From Candidatus Latescibacterota bacterium (GTDB lineage: Bacteria; Latescibacterota; UBA2968): a stretch of 64,000 nt of DNA. Location of the stretch: positions 1,728,001-1,792,000 of the forward strand of contig OZ241986.1 of NCBI GenBank assembly GCA_965204375.1. Direction: 5' to 3'. The position numbers and the translations under genes were made by a program. Positions 1-10,062 of the stretch are shown here, in pieces; within the stretch, counting starts at the first letter, position 1, and every line of letters starts with the position of its first letter. A model generated the notes under the pieces. It was not told where the DNA came from, searched no databases, and worked only from the letters and a program-made list of their open reading frames with translations.

Positions 1-413
1 TTGGGTTCCTGCTGCACTGGCGTCTGACTGACATCTTCTACGACAACAGTCGGATAATCAGTTCGGCGTCTTCTGCGACGAGGACGCTGCCTGCTTTCGC
101 TACCGGTCTCGGTTTTTTTATCCGACTGAACCGAACGGGTCCGGCTCACGCGAGGTTTTTGCTCGCGAATCTCGCGTTCTTTTTTCTCATCATCTTTGCG
201 TCTGAGTTTTCGTCGCGTCGCCTGACGTTCTGAATCAAACTTCTTTTGTACCGCCTCGACCATTTCAGTCGTACAGATCGCCATGTGATTTTTGACTTCA
301 AAACCAAGGCTTCTAATCTGCTCAACCATGGCAACGCTCGACAAATTGAACTCGCGCGCAATCTCGTAAACTCGTTTTTTCTTAACTGTTGTTTTGCCTG
401 TTGTCTTCGTCAA
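1..413 (-). CDS. infB: Translation initiation factor IF-2, N-terminal part (runs off the window)
   Basis: Not in the ORF track. TTG at 413 with GGAGGT RBS (421-426); reads MTKTTGKTTVKKKRVYEIAREFNLSSVAMVEQIRSLGFEVKNHM (IF2_N motif), open to base 1; directly downstream of nusA. Confidence 0.93.
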   Translation of the reverse strand, partial: MTKTTGKTTVKKKRVYEIAREFNLSSVAMVEQIRSLGFEVKNHMAICTTEMVEAVQKKFDSERQATRRKLRRKDDEKKEREIREQKPRVSRTRSVQSDKKTETGSESRQRPRRRRRRTDYPTVVVEDVSQTPVQQEP

Positions 414-428
414 TAGGCTCACCTCCGA

Positions 429-1784
429 TCATGCGTCATTTTCAGATGTGTCTTCAGTGGATTTTGCTGCCTCTGCTTGTAAAAGCGCTTGTTCTTCGCG
501 GTAAGCAGATACTTTTGCATTGACCATTCCCTGCGCGGTCTCTCGCAATTTTTCAGCCGTCGTTTCGCCGATGCCAGGCACATTGAGCAACGTATTTAAG
601 GATACGCGGACGAGGTCATTGGCAGACATAATACCCGCGGCCTCAAGGCGGTCGCGCGTCACTTGGCCAGTGCCGGCTACTTCGGCCAATGGCACTGTTG
701 TAGCCTGGCGTTCGGCTTGTATTTCGTCATAGCGAGTTTCCGTCATGATATCGACATGCCAACCAGTCAACTGCGATGCCAAACGCGCATTCTGACCCTC
801 TTTACCAATAGCCAGTGAAAGCTGATCATCATCGACTATAGCCGACATGCGTTTTTCACGCCGGTCAATCACCACGCGGCGAACTGTGGCAGGATTCAAA
901 GCACGCGACAAAAAGATCGCTTCATCGTCACTCCAGGGCACAATATCTATGCGTTCGCTGCTCAATTCACGCACCACAGCCTGTACGCGCGAGCCTTTCA
1001 TACCCACGCAAGCCCCCACGGGATCAATACGCGCATCATTGGAGTAAACAGCTATTTTGGCCCGTACACCCGGTTCGCGAGAAACGGCTTTTATTTCAAT
1101 AACACCTTCATAAATTTCAGGAACTTCAAGTTGGAAGAGCCTTTCGAGAAATGCGGGATGTGTACGGCTCAATACCACCTGGGGACCTTTGGCTGTACGC
1201 AAAACATCGTGCAAGTAGGCGCGAATCGGATCCCCCTGCCGATAGCGTTCTTTTCTGATTTGCTCTTTAAGCGGAATAACAGCTTCTGTCCGCCCCAGGT
1301 TGACGAGAATATCCCCCCGACTGATCTGCTGCACGGTTCCCGAAATAATTTCTCCAATGCGCCCCTGATAATCTTCGTAGATTTTCTCGCGCTCGGCTTC
1401 TCTGACTCTTTGGACGAGTACCTGCCTTGTCGTTTGAATCGCATTGCGCCCAAAATCGGCAAAGTTGAGACGAAGTCTCATTTCCCCACCGACCTTTGCA
1501 CCGGTGTCTGCTTTGCGCGCTTGTGTCACGCCAATTTGGATTCCCGGATCTTCGACCGAATCATCGGCGACGATTTCTTTGACCGCCTCAACGATGATCT
1601 CTCCAGAGTTGTTGTCGAAGTTGACTTCGACATTATCCCCGGTTCCAAACCGCTTTTTTGCCGCAGAAATTAGCCCCATTTCAAGGGTTTCGACAACCAG
1701 ATCGCGGTTGACATTTTTTTCCTGGGCAATTTGCCTTAACGCTTCGAGAACTTCGTAATTCAAGTGAGGCTCCTCCTCGACCAA
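429..1784 (-). CDS. nusA: Transcription termination/antitermination factor NusA
   Basis: FGRNAIQ, S1 and KH domains, DPVGACVGMKGSRV, SLAIGKEGQNARLA, C-terminal HhH repeats. Confidence 0.98.
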   Translation of the reverse strand: MVEEEPHLNYEVLEALRQIAQEKNVNRDLVVETLEMGLISAAKKRFGTGDNVEVNFDNNSGEIIVEAVKEIVADDSVEDPGIQIGVTQARKADTGAKVGGEMRLRLNFADFGRNAIQTTRQVLVQRVREAEREKIYEDYQGRIGEIISGTVQQISRGDILVNLGRTEAVIPLKEQIRKERYRQGDPIRAYLHDVLRTAKGPQVVLSRTHPAFLERLFQLEVPEIYEGVIEIKAVSREPGVRAKIAVYSNDARIDPVGACVGMKGSRVQAVVRELSSERIDIVPWSDDEAIFLSRALNPATVRRVVIDRREKRMSAIVDDDQLSLAIGKEGQNARLASQLTGWHVDIMTETRYDEIQAERQATTVPLAEVAGTGQVTRDRLEAAGIMSANDLVRVSLNTLLNVPGIGETTAEKLRETAQGMVNAKVSAYREEQALLQAEAAKSTEDTSENDA

Positions 1785-2237
1785 TTACAACTCAAAATGC
1801 ACAGTGGCTTTCTGAATTTTTGCGCGTTCAATAGTGGTTCGTTTACCATGTAACTCGACATCGAGGTGATCGGCTCTGACCTGCAAGAGCGTTCCAACCG
1901 AAACACCGAGGCCATCTACAACAAGCCGCAGAGCTTTGCCAACCACCCGTTCAAAATCGCGGTCCGTCTTTAAGGGGCGCGTCAAGCCCGGAGATGAAAC
2001 TTCGAGCAGGTATGTACCATCAATCGGATCTCGCGTATCCAATATATCTGCAATATCCCGACTGAGTGCAGCACATTCGCCAACTGTAATCCCATCGGGA
2101 CGATCGACGAAGATGCGTACGATTTTTCGTCTATGATCGCCAGAGACAGCCAACTCAACCAACTCGACATCCCGACGATTGAGAAACGGAAGAATCAGAT
2201 GGGCCAGGGTGTCTTCGATAAGCATTGAATAACTCAA
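1785..2237 (-). CDS. rimP: Ribosome maturation factor RimP
   Basis: YLLEVSSPGLTRPL motif; rimP-nusA-infB order; start uncertain by a few codons. Confidence 0.96.
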   Translation of the reverse strand: MSYSMLIEDTLAHLILPFLNRRDVELVELAVSGDHRRKIVRIFVDRPDGITVGECAALSRDIADILDTRDPIDGTYLLEVSSPGLTRPLKTDRDFERVVGKALRLVVDGLGVSVGTLLQVRADHLDVELHGKRTTIERAKIQKATVHFEL

Positions 2238-2340
2238 AACTGCCGCTTTACCGCGCGTTGTGGAGTATCGCTAGATATGCTGCACATGTAGCTGTTGCCT
2301 TACATCGGGGCTGATAGTTCTAACTATACCCCATATACCC

Positions 2341-2365
2341 AAAAGAGTGGGCAGAAGCCCACTCT
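2341..2365 (-). promoter_or_regulatory. rimP-leader attenuator-type hairpin
   Basis: Minus strand AGAGTGGGC-TTCT-GCCCACTCT-TTT with the GGGC...GCCC core typical of rimP leaders, between the promoter and rimP. Confidence 0.7.
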
Positions 2366-2379
2366 ATAATCAGAATTCA

Positions 2380-2408
2380 AATATAAGAAACTATATAGCA
2401 TAACGCAA
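2380..2408 (-). promoter_or_regulatory. Sigma70-type promoter of the rimP operon
   Basis: TTGCGT (2408-2403), 17-nt spacer, TATATT (2385-2380). Confidence 0.55.
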
Positions 2409-2411
2409 GTT

Positions 2412-2798
2412 TTATTTCCCGGCATCCGATGCCTCTCCCCCCTCTATAAGTTGCTTGAGTTCGAGCAACATGCGCCGTAATTCAACCAGTGGATTTTCAA
2501 CATTAGACGTCGCGTCTTCAATACGCTGATTTTCCCATAAACTGCGATCTATCTTCAGCCTTTCAACCGCCCCTTGAATCGTGTATTTCTGAGCGTAGAG
2601 CAAGTCCTTAATAGCCAAAATGACCTTGATATTTCGCTCTGTGTACGCGCGATTGCCCGACCGGCCACGTCTGGGATTTAGTTGAGAAAATTCTTTCTCC
2701 CAAAATCTTAGAACATGGGATTCTATGCCGGTGAGTTCCGAGACCTCGCGGATCGAATAATAGAGCTTTTTTATGCCACCTGGACGCATAGATATCAC
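2412..2798 (-). CDS. MerR-family transcriptional regulator
   Basis: LYYSIREVSELTGIESHVLRFWEKEF...GNRAY MerR HTH. Confidence 0.92.
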   Translation of the reverse strand: MISMRPGGIKKLYYSIREVSELTGIESHVLRFWEKEFSQLNPRRGRSGNRAYTERNIKVILAIKDLLYAQKYTIQGAVERLKIDRSLWENQRIEDATSNVENPLVELRRMLLELKQLIEGGEASDAGK

Positions 2799-4099
2799 TT
2801 CTTTTTAAATAAGATGCGGATGGGGGTGCCGTAAAAATCAAATGCCTGCCTGAGCCTGCGCTCTAAAAACCGACGATAGTGTGTGGGAACATCCTTGGGC
2901 CGCCTGGTAAAAAAGAGAATGGTTGGCGGTGCACTGCGCGGCATAACACAAAAAGACATGCGAAAGACTCGTCCATTTTTTGTTGGCGGAGCCGTCGTTG
3001 CATTGAGATGCGTCAAAAAGTCGTTCAAATCGCCCGTTGAAATGCGAAGGCGACGTTTCAGCGCTACATCCAGAGCCAGATCAATAATACGCCACGCGCG
3101 TTGCCCCGTAAGTGCCGATAAAAAAACAATGGGATAGTTTTCGAGATGTACAAAGCGCGAGCGAATTTGCTGGGCTATTTTGTCGGCTGTATGGCCATCT
3201 TTTTCAATCAGATCCCATTTGTTGATGCCCACGATCAGCCCTTTGCCCAGTTCGACAGCGCGTTCTGAGATTTTGACATCCTGTACTGTACACCCTTCTA
3301 CAGCATCGACCAGCACAATCGCCACATCGCATCGCTCAAGGCTTTCCACGGTACGCAGCGAACTGTAAAAATCGACTTGCTCTTTAATGCGTGTCCGCCG
3401 TCTCAAACCTGCCGTGTCAACCAGTATAAATGGCTGTCCATTGCGCTCCATCGAAAGATCAATCGCGTCGCGCGTCGTACCTGGAATCTCGCTTACCACC
3501 ACCCGTTCCCGCCCCAGCAGGCGGTTCACAAAGGTAGATTTGCCCATATTTGGGCGGCCCAATACCGCAATTCGAGGGGGAAATTCATCTTCTGAATCGC
3601 CATCTTCTTCAGGAAGACCTGTAAGGATTTCATCCAGCAAGTCGCCCGATTGCCGACCATTGATAGCAGAAACGCATAGTGGATCGCCCAAGGCAAGACC
3701 GTAAAAGGCCGTGCCATCGGCCTCGTTCTCATCTCTATCGACTTTGTTGACAATCAACCGATAGGATGCACCCGAATCGCGGATCTTGCGCGCCATAATT
3801 GCGTCGTAATCTGTAGGTCCAGTCTGTGCATCAACCACAAAGAGCAACAGGTCCGCTTCCCCCAAAGCAAGCTCGACCTGTCGAGAAACCAGACCGGCGA
3901 TTATTTCGTCAGAATTGGGTACATATCCACCCGTATCGACCAGCGTGAAGGTTCTGCCATTCCAGGTACACTGTGCATAGTTGCGATCGCGCGTGACACC
4001 GGGAAAGTCATCCACTACAGCTTTGCGCTCGCCAATCAGCCGATTAAAGAGCGTTGACTTGCCGACATTTGGCCGCCCCACAATCGCCACGACGCCCAT
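2795..4099 (-). CDS. der: Ribosome biogenesis GTPase Der (EngA)
   Basis: Two G domains (GRPNVGKS, GRPNMGKS; DTGG/DTAG; NKVD/NKWD) and a KH-like C-terminus ending GTPIRI. Confidence 0.98.
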   Translation of the reverse strand: MGVVAIVGRPNVGKSTLFNRLIGERKAVVDDFPGVTRDRNYAQCTWNGRTFTLVDTGGYVPNSDEIIAGLVSRQVELALGEADLLLFVVDAQTGPTDYDAIMARKIRDSGASYRLIVNKVDRDENEADGTAFYGLALGDPLCVSAINGRQSGDLLDEILTGLPEEDGDSEDEFPPRIAVLGRPNMGKSTFVNRLLGRERVVVSEIPGTTRDAIDLSMERNGQPFILVDTAGLRRRTRIKEQVDFYSSLRTVESLERCDVAIVLVDAVEGCTVQDVKISERAVELGKGLIVGINKWDLIEKDGHTADKIAQQIRSRFVHLENYPIVFLSALTGQRAWRIIDLALDVALKRRLRISTGDLNDFLTHLNATTAPPTKNGRVFRMSFCVMPRSAPPTILFFTRRPKDVPTHYRRFLERRLRQAFDFYGTPIRILFKKK

Positions 4100-4102
4100 T
4101 GC

Positions 4103-5527
4103 CTAATTCTCCATCTGATGTGACGAAATATACGGGTGCGCCACAATCTCGCTGCCTGCACCCACAAAAGCAGACACACCCCCGACGGCATTTTGAATGG
4201 TCTCCACCAGATCGTAAGTGCCCACAACAGCCCGACCCCCCACCTCTTGCTCCAGGTCTTTGAGCAAGAGATCGTCTAAAAATACCCCATTGTGATTCAG
4301 GCAGTTGGGAGGCAAAAGAACAGTCTCATCGTTTCTGATACGAGCATCTATGAGTGCGCGACCAATATCGTTGCCCGACAGCAATCCAGAAACCGTTATC
4401 CCTTCGCCAAGAAAGTGATTGACCACAGGTACAACACGGGCATCAATCCACGAAATACGGTTCAGGCGTTTGACCATTGCATCCAAAAAATGCGTGCCCA
4501 ACATACCCGTTACGAGTACAAAACGCTGCGGCGGCAATGCCAAATTTTCGAGTTCCTCAATCCGATTCTCAAATCCGTCGATAAAACGACGAACCATGCC
4601 GATTCCGTTTTCGACAAGCGGAAACCCGTCGTATTCAGATCGTAGCGGCACAGATTGGCCCGTCATCAAATACATTTCATCGCCCAAATACACAAAGCGC
4701 GTGCCCAGGCGTTTCTCTAACATCCCCTGCCACGCTGTTATTTCGCGAATTGCCAGGACAGCGTCGGCACGCGTCACGGGGTTCAATCTGGGAAGATTTT
4801 TGCGAAATTTGGTCAATCCCAGCGGCACAACGCCCAGGGATTCAATGCGCGGATGACGCGCTGCAAGATCAAAAACCGTCTGTTTGAGTGCCTGACCATC
4901 ATTGATACCCGGGCACAAGACCACTTGCGCGTGCATCTGGATCCCATGTTTGGCTAAGATATCAATCCGATCCAAAACAGGTGTTGCCCGCCTGCGACCG
5001 AGCAACTCTGCTCGCAATTTGGGATCCGTGGCGTGAACCGAGATGTACATTGGACTCAATTTCTGGTCAATAATGCGCTGAAATTCATCCTCAGACAGAT
5101 TTGTCAGTGTGACATAAGCCCCGTGTAGAAAAGATAAGCGATAGTCGTCATCCTGGTAATACAGGGTCTTGCGCAGACCTTTGGGCATCTGATGCAAAAA
5201 GCAAAAAACACACTTGTTATCACATTTGAGAATGGGCATATCTTCAAAATCCACGCCCAAATCGTCTTCAATATCTTTTTCTATTTCAAATAAAAATCGA
5301 TCTTCGCCTCGCCGCACTAAGGCCGACACATCTTCTTCGCCCATGTAAAAACGGTAATCAATGGGATCGCGCACAGGGTGTCCATTGATGGTTTCTACGA
5401 CATCGCCGCGCTGCAACCCAATTGCATCTCCAATCCCATCGGGATGTACCAAACGAATTTGCAAACCGGTATCAACGCGTTCAACACTGCGCCGCCCCTC
5501 GACCTGTGCCCCTCTTATAACATCCAT
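4103..5527 (-). CDS. PDZ-containing radical SAM protein (DUF512 type)
   Basis: N-terminal PDZ-like region, CDNKCVFC, DDDYRLSFLHG; commonly found beside der. Confidence 0.9.
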   Translation of the reverse strand: MDVIRGAQVEGRRSVERVDTGLQIRLVHPDGIGDAIGLQRGDVVETINGHPVRDPIDYRFYMGEEDVSALVRRGEDRFLFEIEKDIEDDLGVDFEDMPILKCDNKCVFCFLHQMPKGLRKTLYYQDDDYRLSFLHGAYVTLTNLSEDEFQRIIDQKLSPMYISVHATDPKLRAELLGRRRATPVLDRIDILAKHGIQMHAQVVLCPGINDGQALKQTVFDLAARHPRIESLGVVPLGLTKFRKNLPRLNPVTRADAVLAIREITAWQGMLEKRLGTRFVYLGDEMYLMTGQSVPLRSEYDGFPLVENGIGMVRRFIDGFENRIEELENLALPPQRFVLVTGMLGTHFLDAMVKRLNRISWIDARVVPVVNHFLGEGITVSGLLSGNDIGRALIDARIRNDETVLLPPNCLNHNGVFLDDLLLKDLEQEVGGRAVVGTYDLVETIQNAVGGVSAFVGAGSEIVAHPYISSHQMEN

Positions 5528-5742
5528 TTCGATTCCAGTAATTGATTGTTAGACAATGCAATATTTCAATAACTTATAAGTATTCCTAAACCATAAAAAC
5601 TTACGATAAAGCCAAAATAAGGTCAAGGAAAAAGCCGACTTCCCGCGATATTAATATCTGACAAGTTCAGAATATCTCTTTATCTTGGATACTGTCAAAA
5701 TACGAAAAAATATTCTCCAGTCAACATGGGAGGACACACCTT

Positions 5743-6435
5743 ATGCCCGCTCCCCCACGCATCTCGGTTATTATTCCGGTTTTTAACGAGCAAGATGCTA
5801 TAGAAAAAGTAATTGGTGACATTCCCAGTCATTTATCCACCGAAATCATCGTCGTCGATAATGGGTCAACCGACCAAACTGCAAAATTAGCCGCCGCAAT
5901 GGGCGCACGCATTGTTCGAGAAAATCGCCGTGGATACGGTTCTGCCTGCCTCGCTGGCATAGCAGCAACCAATAATCCGGACATCGTCGTCTTTCTCGAT
6001 GGCGACTACAGCGATCACCCCAACGAAATGCCAGACCTGATTGCGCCTATCCTGGAAAACCGTGCTGATCTCGTGATTGGCTCGCGCGTTTTAGGCAACA
6101 GTGAACCCGGTGCGCTGATGATTCAGGCGCGTTTTGGCAACCGTTTGGCCACCAGCCTCATCAAAATCCTCTTTGGTGTATCCTATACAGACCTGGGACC
6201 ATTTCGGGCGATTCGCTATCGGGCACTCAGGGACTTAAATATGCGGGATAAAACTTTTGGATGGACAGTAGAGATGCAGGTCAAAGCAGCAAAACAGGCG
6301 ATAAAAATACAAGAAGTGCCAGTAAGCTATAGAAAACGCATCGGCGTTTCCAAAATTACTGGCACACTAAAAGGCACCCTTAAGGCAGGGTGGAAAATTT
6401 TATTTACAATTTTTAAGTATTGGTTTAAGAGGTGA
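5743..6435 (+). CDS. GT2 glycosyltransferase (DPM-synthase-like)
   Basis: VIIPVFNE, VDNGSTD, FLDGD, DLGPFRAI, GWTVEMQVKA. Confidence 0.92.
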   Translation: MPAPPRISVIIPVFNEQDAIEKVIGDIPSHLSTEIIVVDNGSTDQTAKLAAAMGARIVRENRRGYGSACLAGIAATNNPDIVVFLDGDYSDHPNEMPDLIAPILENRADLVIGSRVLGNSEPGALMIQARFGNRLATSLIKILFGVSYTDLGPFRAIRYRALRDLNMRDKTFGWTVEMQVKAAKQAIKIQEVPVSYRKRIGVSKITGTLKGTLKAGWKILFTIFKYWFKR

Positions 6436-6454
6436 GATATGAGAGGGGTCCCTC

Positions 6455-6751
6455 TCATTTTTTTGTGCTATCTATATGCTGCTCCAAACGCCTGAGAGCT
6501 TCATCTATGCGCCTGCGGTCTTCTCGGCGCAGAGTGCGTTGACGCACAATTTGATTGGCAATATCAAATGCAGCCATCAGTGCAATCCGAGCGGTATCAC
6601 CGGTATTTTCGACAGCGGCAATCAGGTTCATTTTTTGATCGACAAAATTTGAAATTTTAAAGGTATATTCCTCCGACTCCTCACTGCTGAGTACATATTC
6701 AGAGCCAAAGATCCTCACCTTGGTCTTATGTAAATCATCAGAATGGGACAT
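6455..6751 (-). CDS. zapA: Cell division protein ZapA
   Basis: VRIFGSEYVL...FVDQKM...RIALMAAFDIA plus C-terminal coiled coil. Confidence 0.85.
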   Translation of the reverse strand: MSHSDDLHKTKVRIFGSEYVLSSEESEEYTFKISNFVDQKMNLIAAVENTGDTARIALMAAFDIANQIVRQRTLRREDRRRIDEALRRLEQHIDSTKK

Positions 6752-6809
6752 AATATAATCAGCTTTCAGCAGTCAGCAAAACAAGCGGTTAGCTGATTGC
6801 TCATAATTA

Positions 6810-7061
6810 TCACGGCTTTGCCACAAGGTCCATGCGAACCACACCATCGGTAGCAGGCACCTCCAATTCCACGACCCACCCTTTGACGACCTCACCTCTT
6901 ACAACAATTTCTTTGGCTTCTTTTGATAGGATTTTGGCATCTTCTGATACACGCGCCAGCGCGTGACACTTGTCATCATCCACACAGAAATAACGCTGAA
7001 TCCGCGCTTCGGGCATTCCCCCAAGCCTGGGATATTCGGCTTCGTGTTTTTCGTTGTTCAT
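6810..7061 (-). CDS. Hypothetical protein
   Basis: Fills the nadD-zapA gap on the operon strand; start uncertain (7061 or 7076). Confidence 0.55.
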   Translation of the reverse strand: MNNEKHEAEYPRLGGMPEARIQRYFCVDDDKCHALARVSEDAKILSKEAKEIVVRGEVVKGWVVELEVPATDGVVRMDLVAKP

Positions 7062-7097
7062 GACAAAACCCGTCAAAAGTTGTGATTCCCTATTTCT

Positions 7098-7685
7098 CTA
7101 CTCCTGAAGATATAACCCGTGGGTTCTAATATAATCTGCAACAGCATCGGGAACATAAAAAGAAATCGGTCTTCCGGTGCGTACGCGTTCTCTAATCGTT
7201 GTTGACGATATATCCAGCTGAGGTGTTTCAACAAACTGCATCCTGGATTTGAAAGCGGGATCAACGCGCTCTCGCTCAAAACCCGGGCGTTCAGCCACGA
7301 GTACGTGCGCCATATCCAACACGCCTTCGGGATCAAACCAGTCGCCCATTTCAACGGCATTATCGGCACCAATAATCAAGAATATCTCTGTGTCTTCGTC
7401 CATATTCCTGCGCAAATGACGCAAGGTATCAATCGTATAAGATTTCCCTGAGCGCGACAACTCGAACCGACTCAGTACAAATCCCGGATAATCGCGCACG
7501 GCCAGACTGACCATCATGGCGCGATCTTCAGCCGAAGTCATAGTGTATTTGAGCGGCGGATCGCCCGAAGGCATAAACACAACCCGATCGAGCGCGCATT
7601 GGAGCATAATTTCCTGCCCGATAATTAAATGCCCGATGTGAATGGGATCAAATGTCCCTCCGAAAATGCCAACGCGCTTTGTCAT
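7098..7685 (-). CDS. nadD: Nicotinate-nucleotide adenylyltransferase
   Basis: GGTFDPIHIGH, SYTIDTL, IIGAD, ISSTTIR. Confidence 0.97.
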   Translation of the reverse strand: MTKRVGIFGGTFDPIHIGHLIIGQEIMLQCALDRVVFMPSGDPPLKYTMTSAEDRAMMVSLAVRDYPGFVLSRFELSRSGKSYTIDTLRHLRRNMDEDTEIFLIIGADNAVEMGDWFDPEGVLDMAHVLVAERPGFERERVDPAFKSRMQFVETPQLDISSTTIRERVRTGRPISFYVPDAVADYIRTHGLYLQE

Positions 7686-7686
7686 C

Positions 7687-8460
7687 CTAAGGTTTTTCAG
7701 CGCGCAATTTAGACTGCGCTTTTTTTACTTTTTCCATCTCTTCAATGACTTTTTCCTTCAACTTCTCGGGCAAATCCCGCCCTATCAACAATGTAAGCTC
7801 GTTGAGTGCCTCGTCGAGTGCCCCAGTCTTAAAATTGACCTGTGCAATGATAAAACGCGCCTCCAAAGCAGACTCTGTGTCGGGATATTCCTTCAACACG
7901 CCTTCAGCGTAGAGTTTGGCCGAGGAATAATATTTCCACAGGATATAATCGTATGCAATCATGACTTCCTTACGGGCCAGTTGATTGCGCAACGCGTTAA
8001 TTCTATTCTCTGCCTGAGAGACGAGATCGCTTTGTGGATAGTCTTCGATAAACCGCGCAAATTCTCGAATTGCCTTGTGCGTTTCATCCTGGTCGTGGTG
8101 AATATCGCGCGCATCCTGATAATAACACTCGCCAATCTGGAACCGGGCTTCGGCGGCATAAGGACTCACGGGATATTCGTTGAGCAGGCGTTCGTATTCA
8201 AAAATAGACGTCACATAATCTTTTTGACACTGAAAAGCTTTGCCCAACCCAAATTGCGCCTCATCTGATAAATGAGATCCTGGAAAATCCGATAGCATAT
8301 TTCTAAACAATAACTCGGCGTCGTAGCACTTCTTATTTTTCAGTGCATCTTGTGCGTCTTTGTAATAAACCTCTGGACTCAATCGCTTGTATTTTTTTTG
8401 TGCACACCCCACACTCAACGCGATCAAACACGCACAACAGATATGTAAAAATCGTCTCAT
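7687..8460 (-). CDS. bamD: Outer membrane protein assembly lipoprotein BamD
   Basis: Lipobox LSVGC, TPR repeats, DQDETHKAIREF...YPQS. Confidence 0.9.
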   Translation of the reverse strand: MRRFLHICCACLIALSVGCAQKKYKRLSPEVYYKDAQDALKNKKCYDAELLFRNMLSDFPGSHLSDEAQFGLGKAFQCQKDYVTSIFEYERLLNEYPVSPYAAEARFQIGECYYQDARDIHHDQDETHKAIREFARFIEDYPQSDLVSQAENRINALRNQLARKEVMIAYDYILWKYYSSAKLYAEGVLKEYPDTESALEARFIIAQVNFKTGALDEALNELTLLIGRDLPEKLKEKVIEEMEKVKKAQSKLRAEKP

Positions 8461-8738
8461 AATTCGCCAATCTGCATGACCCTAAAGAATTATTAACATA
8501 CCATCCTGTCTGATAAACGATGCAGATTCTGTAATGTTCCCCAGTTTCTAAAACAAAAAAGGGCGCGTTTTTTCCGCGCTTGATTTCAAACTCCCAAAAA
8601 GTAGTAAGACTTTCAGAAAATAAGCAAACCCACCTGTCAAGTCAAGAATACCAGCTTGGGAATCATGACCTCTTGACTTGCACAAGAGATTATCGCATGA
8701 ATATTTAAGTACGTAAACAAAAATCTGAGAGGTCCTCC

Positions 8739-9653
8739 ATGTCCCGCGTCATCGTCATCGGGAGTTCCAATACCGATCTGGTTATTCGCGCCAATAAATT
8801 GCCATCGCCAGGTGAAACAGTGCTCGGCGGCGCGTTTTTTACCGCTGCGGGTGGCAAAGGCGCCAACCAGGCCGTTGCTGCAGCCCGCGCAGGGGCACAG
8901 GTCACATTTATAGCGCGCATGGGTTGTGACGATTTTGGCGCGCAAGCTCTATCGGCCTTTCAACGCGAAGGGATCGACACACGATGGAATGTATCCGATC
9001 CCCATTTACCATCAGGTATTGCATTTATCCTCGTGGATGATCGTGGCGAAAACAGCATTGTAGTCGCTTCAGGCGCAAATGCAGCCCTATCCCCCGATCA
9101 AATCCAGGATCAGGTCTATGAAGACGCAGAAATATGCTTGCTTCAACTCGAAATCCCGATTGAAACCGTCGTCCATGCCGCAGATCTATCGACAAAAAAC
9201 AAGACCCGCGTCGTACTCAATCCAGCGCCAGCAGCAGACCTGCCAGAAGAAATCTGGCCTCACCTGTTTCTCATTACGCCCAATCAAACCGAAACCGAAC
9301 ACCTCACGGGCATTCCTCCCAACAGCCCCCAAAATATCGCAAAGGCAGCCGACAAACTCCTCCAAAAAGGCGCTCAAAACGCCATCATCACCCTGGGAGC
9401 ACAGGGCGCGTTTTTGGCGACACCAGATCAAACTTTACACATACCAGCTTTTAAAGCTACTTCAATAGATACCACCGGTGCCGGCGATGCCTTCAATGGC
9501 GCGCTGTCCTGTGCTTTAAGCGAAAACCAACCCCTTGAAACCGCCATTCGCTTTGCGTGCGCCGCAGGCGCTCTAACCGTTGGCAAAGCCGGTGCCCAAC
9601 CCGCGATTCCCACCAGAGATCAAATCGACGCGCTGTTGGCGAATCCCCCTTGA
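8739..9653 (+). CDS. rbsK: Ribokinase (PfkB family)
   Basis: GSSNTD, GGKGANQAVAAAR, NPAPA, DTTGAGDAFNG. Confidence 0.95.
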   Translation: MSRVIVIGSSNTDLVIRANKLPSPGETVLGGAFFTAAGGKGANQAVAAARAGAQVTFIARMGCDDFGAQALSAFQREGIDTRWNVSDPHLPSGIAFILVDDRGENSIVVASGANAALSPDQIQDQVYEDAEICLLQLEIPIETVVHAADLSTKNKTRVVLNPAPAADLPEEIWPHLFLITPNQTETEHLTGIPPNSPQNIAKAADKLLQKGAQNAIITLGAQGAFLATPDQTLHIPAFKATSIDTTGAGDAFNGALSCALSENQPLETAIRFACAAGALTVGKAGAQPAIPTRDQIDALLANPP

Positions 9654-9678
9654 CGACAGCCCCGGCTTGTCCTATATT
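9650..9678 (+). promoter_or_regulatory. Sigma70-type promoter for the small ORF at 9747
   Basis: TTGACG, 17-nt spacer, TATATT. Confidence 0.6.
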
Positions 9679-9746
9679 CCTATTCCCTTTCCCAGACTCC
9701 CTCCCCCTCTCTCCCTGATGCCATCCCGTATCAGAAAGGAAATCTA

Positions 9747-9923
9747 ATGGGTTTGAGGAAGGCAAACGCAATCAGGCTCGATTTCGATGACCTCGTCAAA
9801 GAACTCGACGATTTCGAGCAAGACATTAAAACCCTTCAGGAACGCATAGACCAACTCATCACCAACGCGCGAGAAAAATCAGTCGAAGCCGTTGCAAGAG
9901 AAGGCGATATGGGCACAACCTGA
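9747..9923 (+). CDS. Small coiled-coil protein, 58 aa (not in the ORF track)
   Basis: AAAGGA RBS; MGLRKANAIRLDFDDLVKELDDFEQDIKTLQERIDQLITNAREKSVEAVAREGDMGTT; has its own promoter and terminator. Confidence 0.75.
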   Translation: MGLRKANAIRLDFDDLVKELDDFEQDIKTLQERIDQLITNAREKSVEAVAREGDMGTT

Positions 9924-9934
9924 ACACACAACCA

Positions 9935-9970
9935 AACAGGCGGGTATTCTTCCCGCCTGTTGTTTTTTTT
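9935..9970 (+). terminator. Rho-independent terminator
   Basis: AACAGGCGGG-tattctt-CCCGCCTGTT followed by a T run. Confidence 0.85.
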
Positions 9971-9972
9971 AG

Positions 9973-10060
9973 TAGTCAGTTATCAGTTGTCAGTCCCAAC
10001 CTCCCAACCCCGGTGGGATGGTGCGGGGTAACTGACCACTGGCTACTGGCTACTGGCTTC
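9973..10060. repeat. Heptamer tandem-repeat element (TCAGTTR / ACTGGCT units)
   Basis: tcagttgtcagtcccaacctcccaacc recurs as a reverse complement with one mismatch at about 44032-44058. Confidence 0.75.
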
Positions 10061-10062
10061 CC

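Noticed and set aside
6436-6454. 6S RNA, often found downstream of zapA
   Set aside because: Only 19 bp separate zapA from the convergent GT2 gene, so there is no room
8638-8680. 10-bp inverted repeat CAAGTCAAGA/TCTTGACTTG as an operator
   Set aside because: Equally explained by back-to-back TTGACT -35 boxes of the divergent bamD and rbsK promoters
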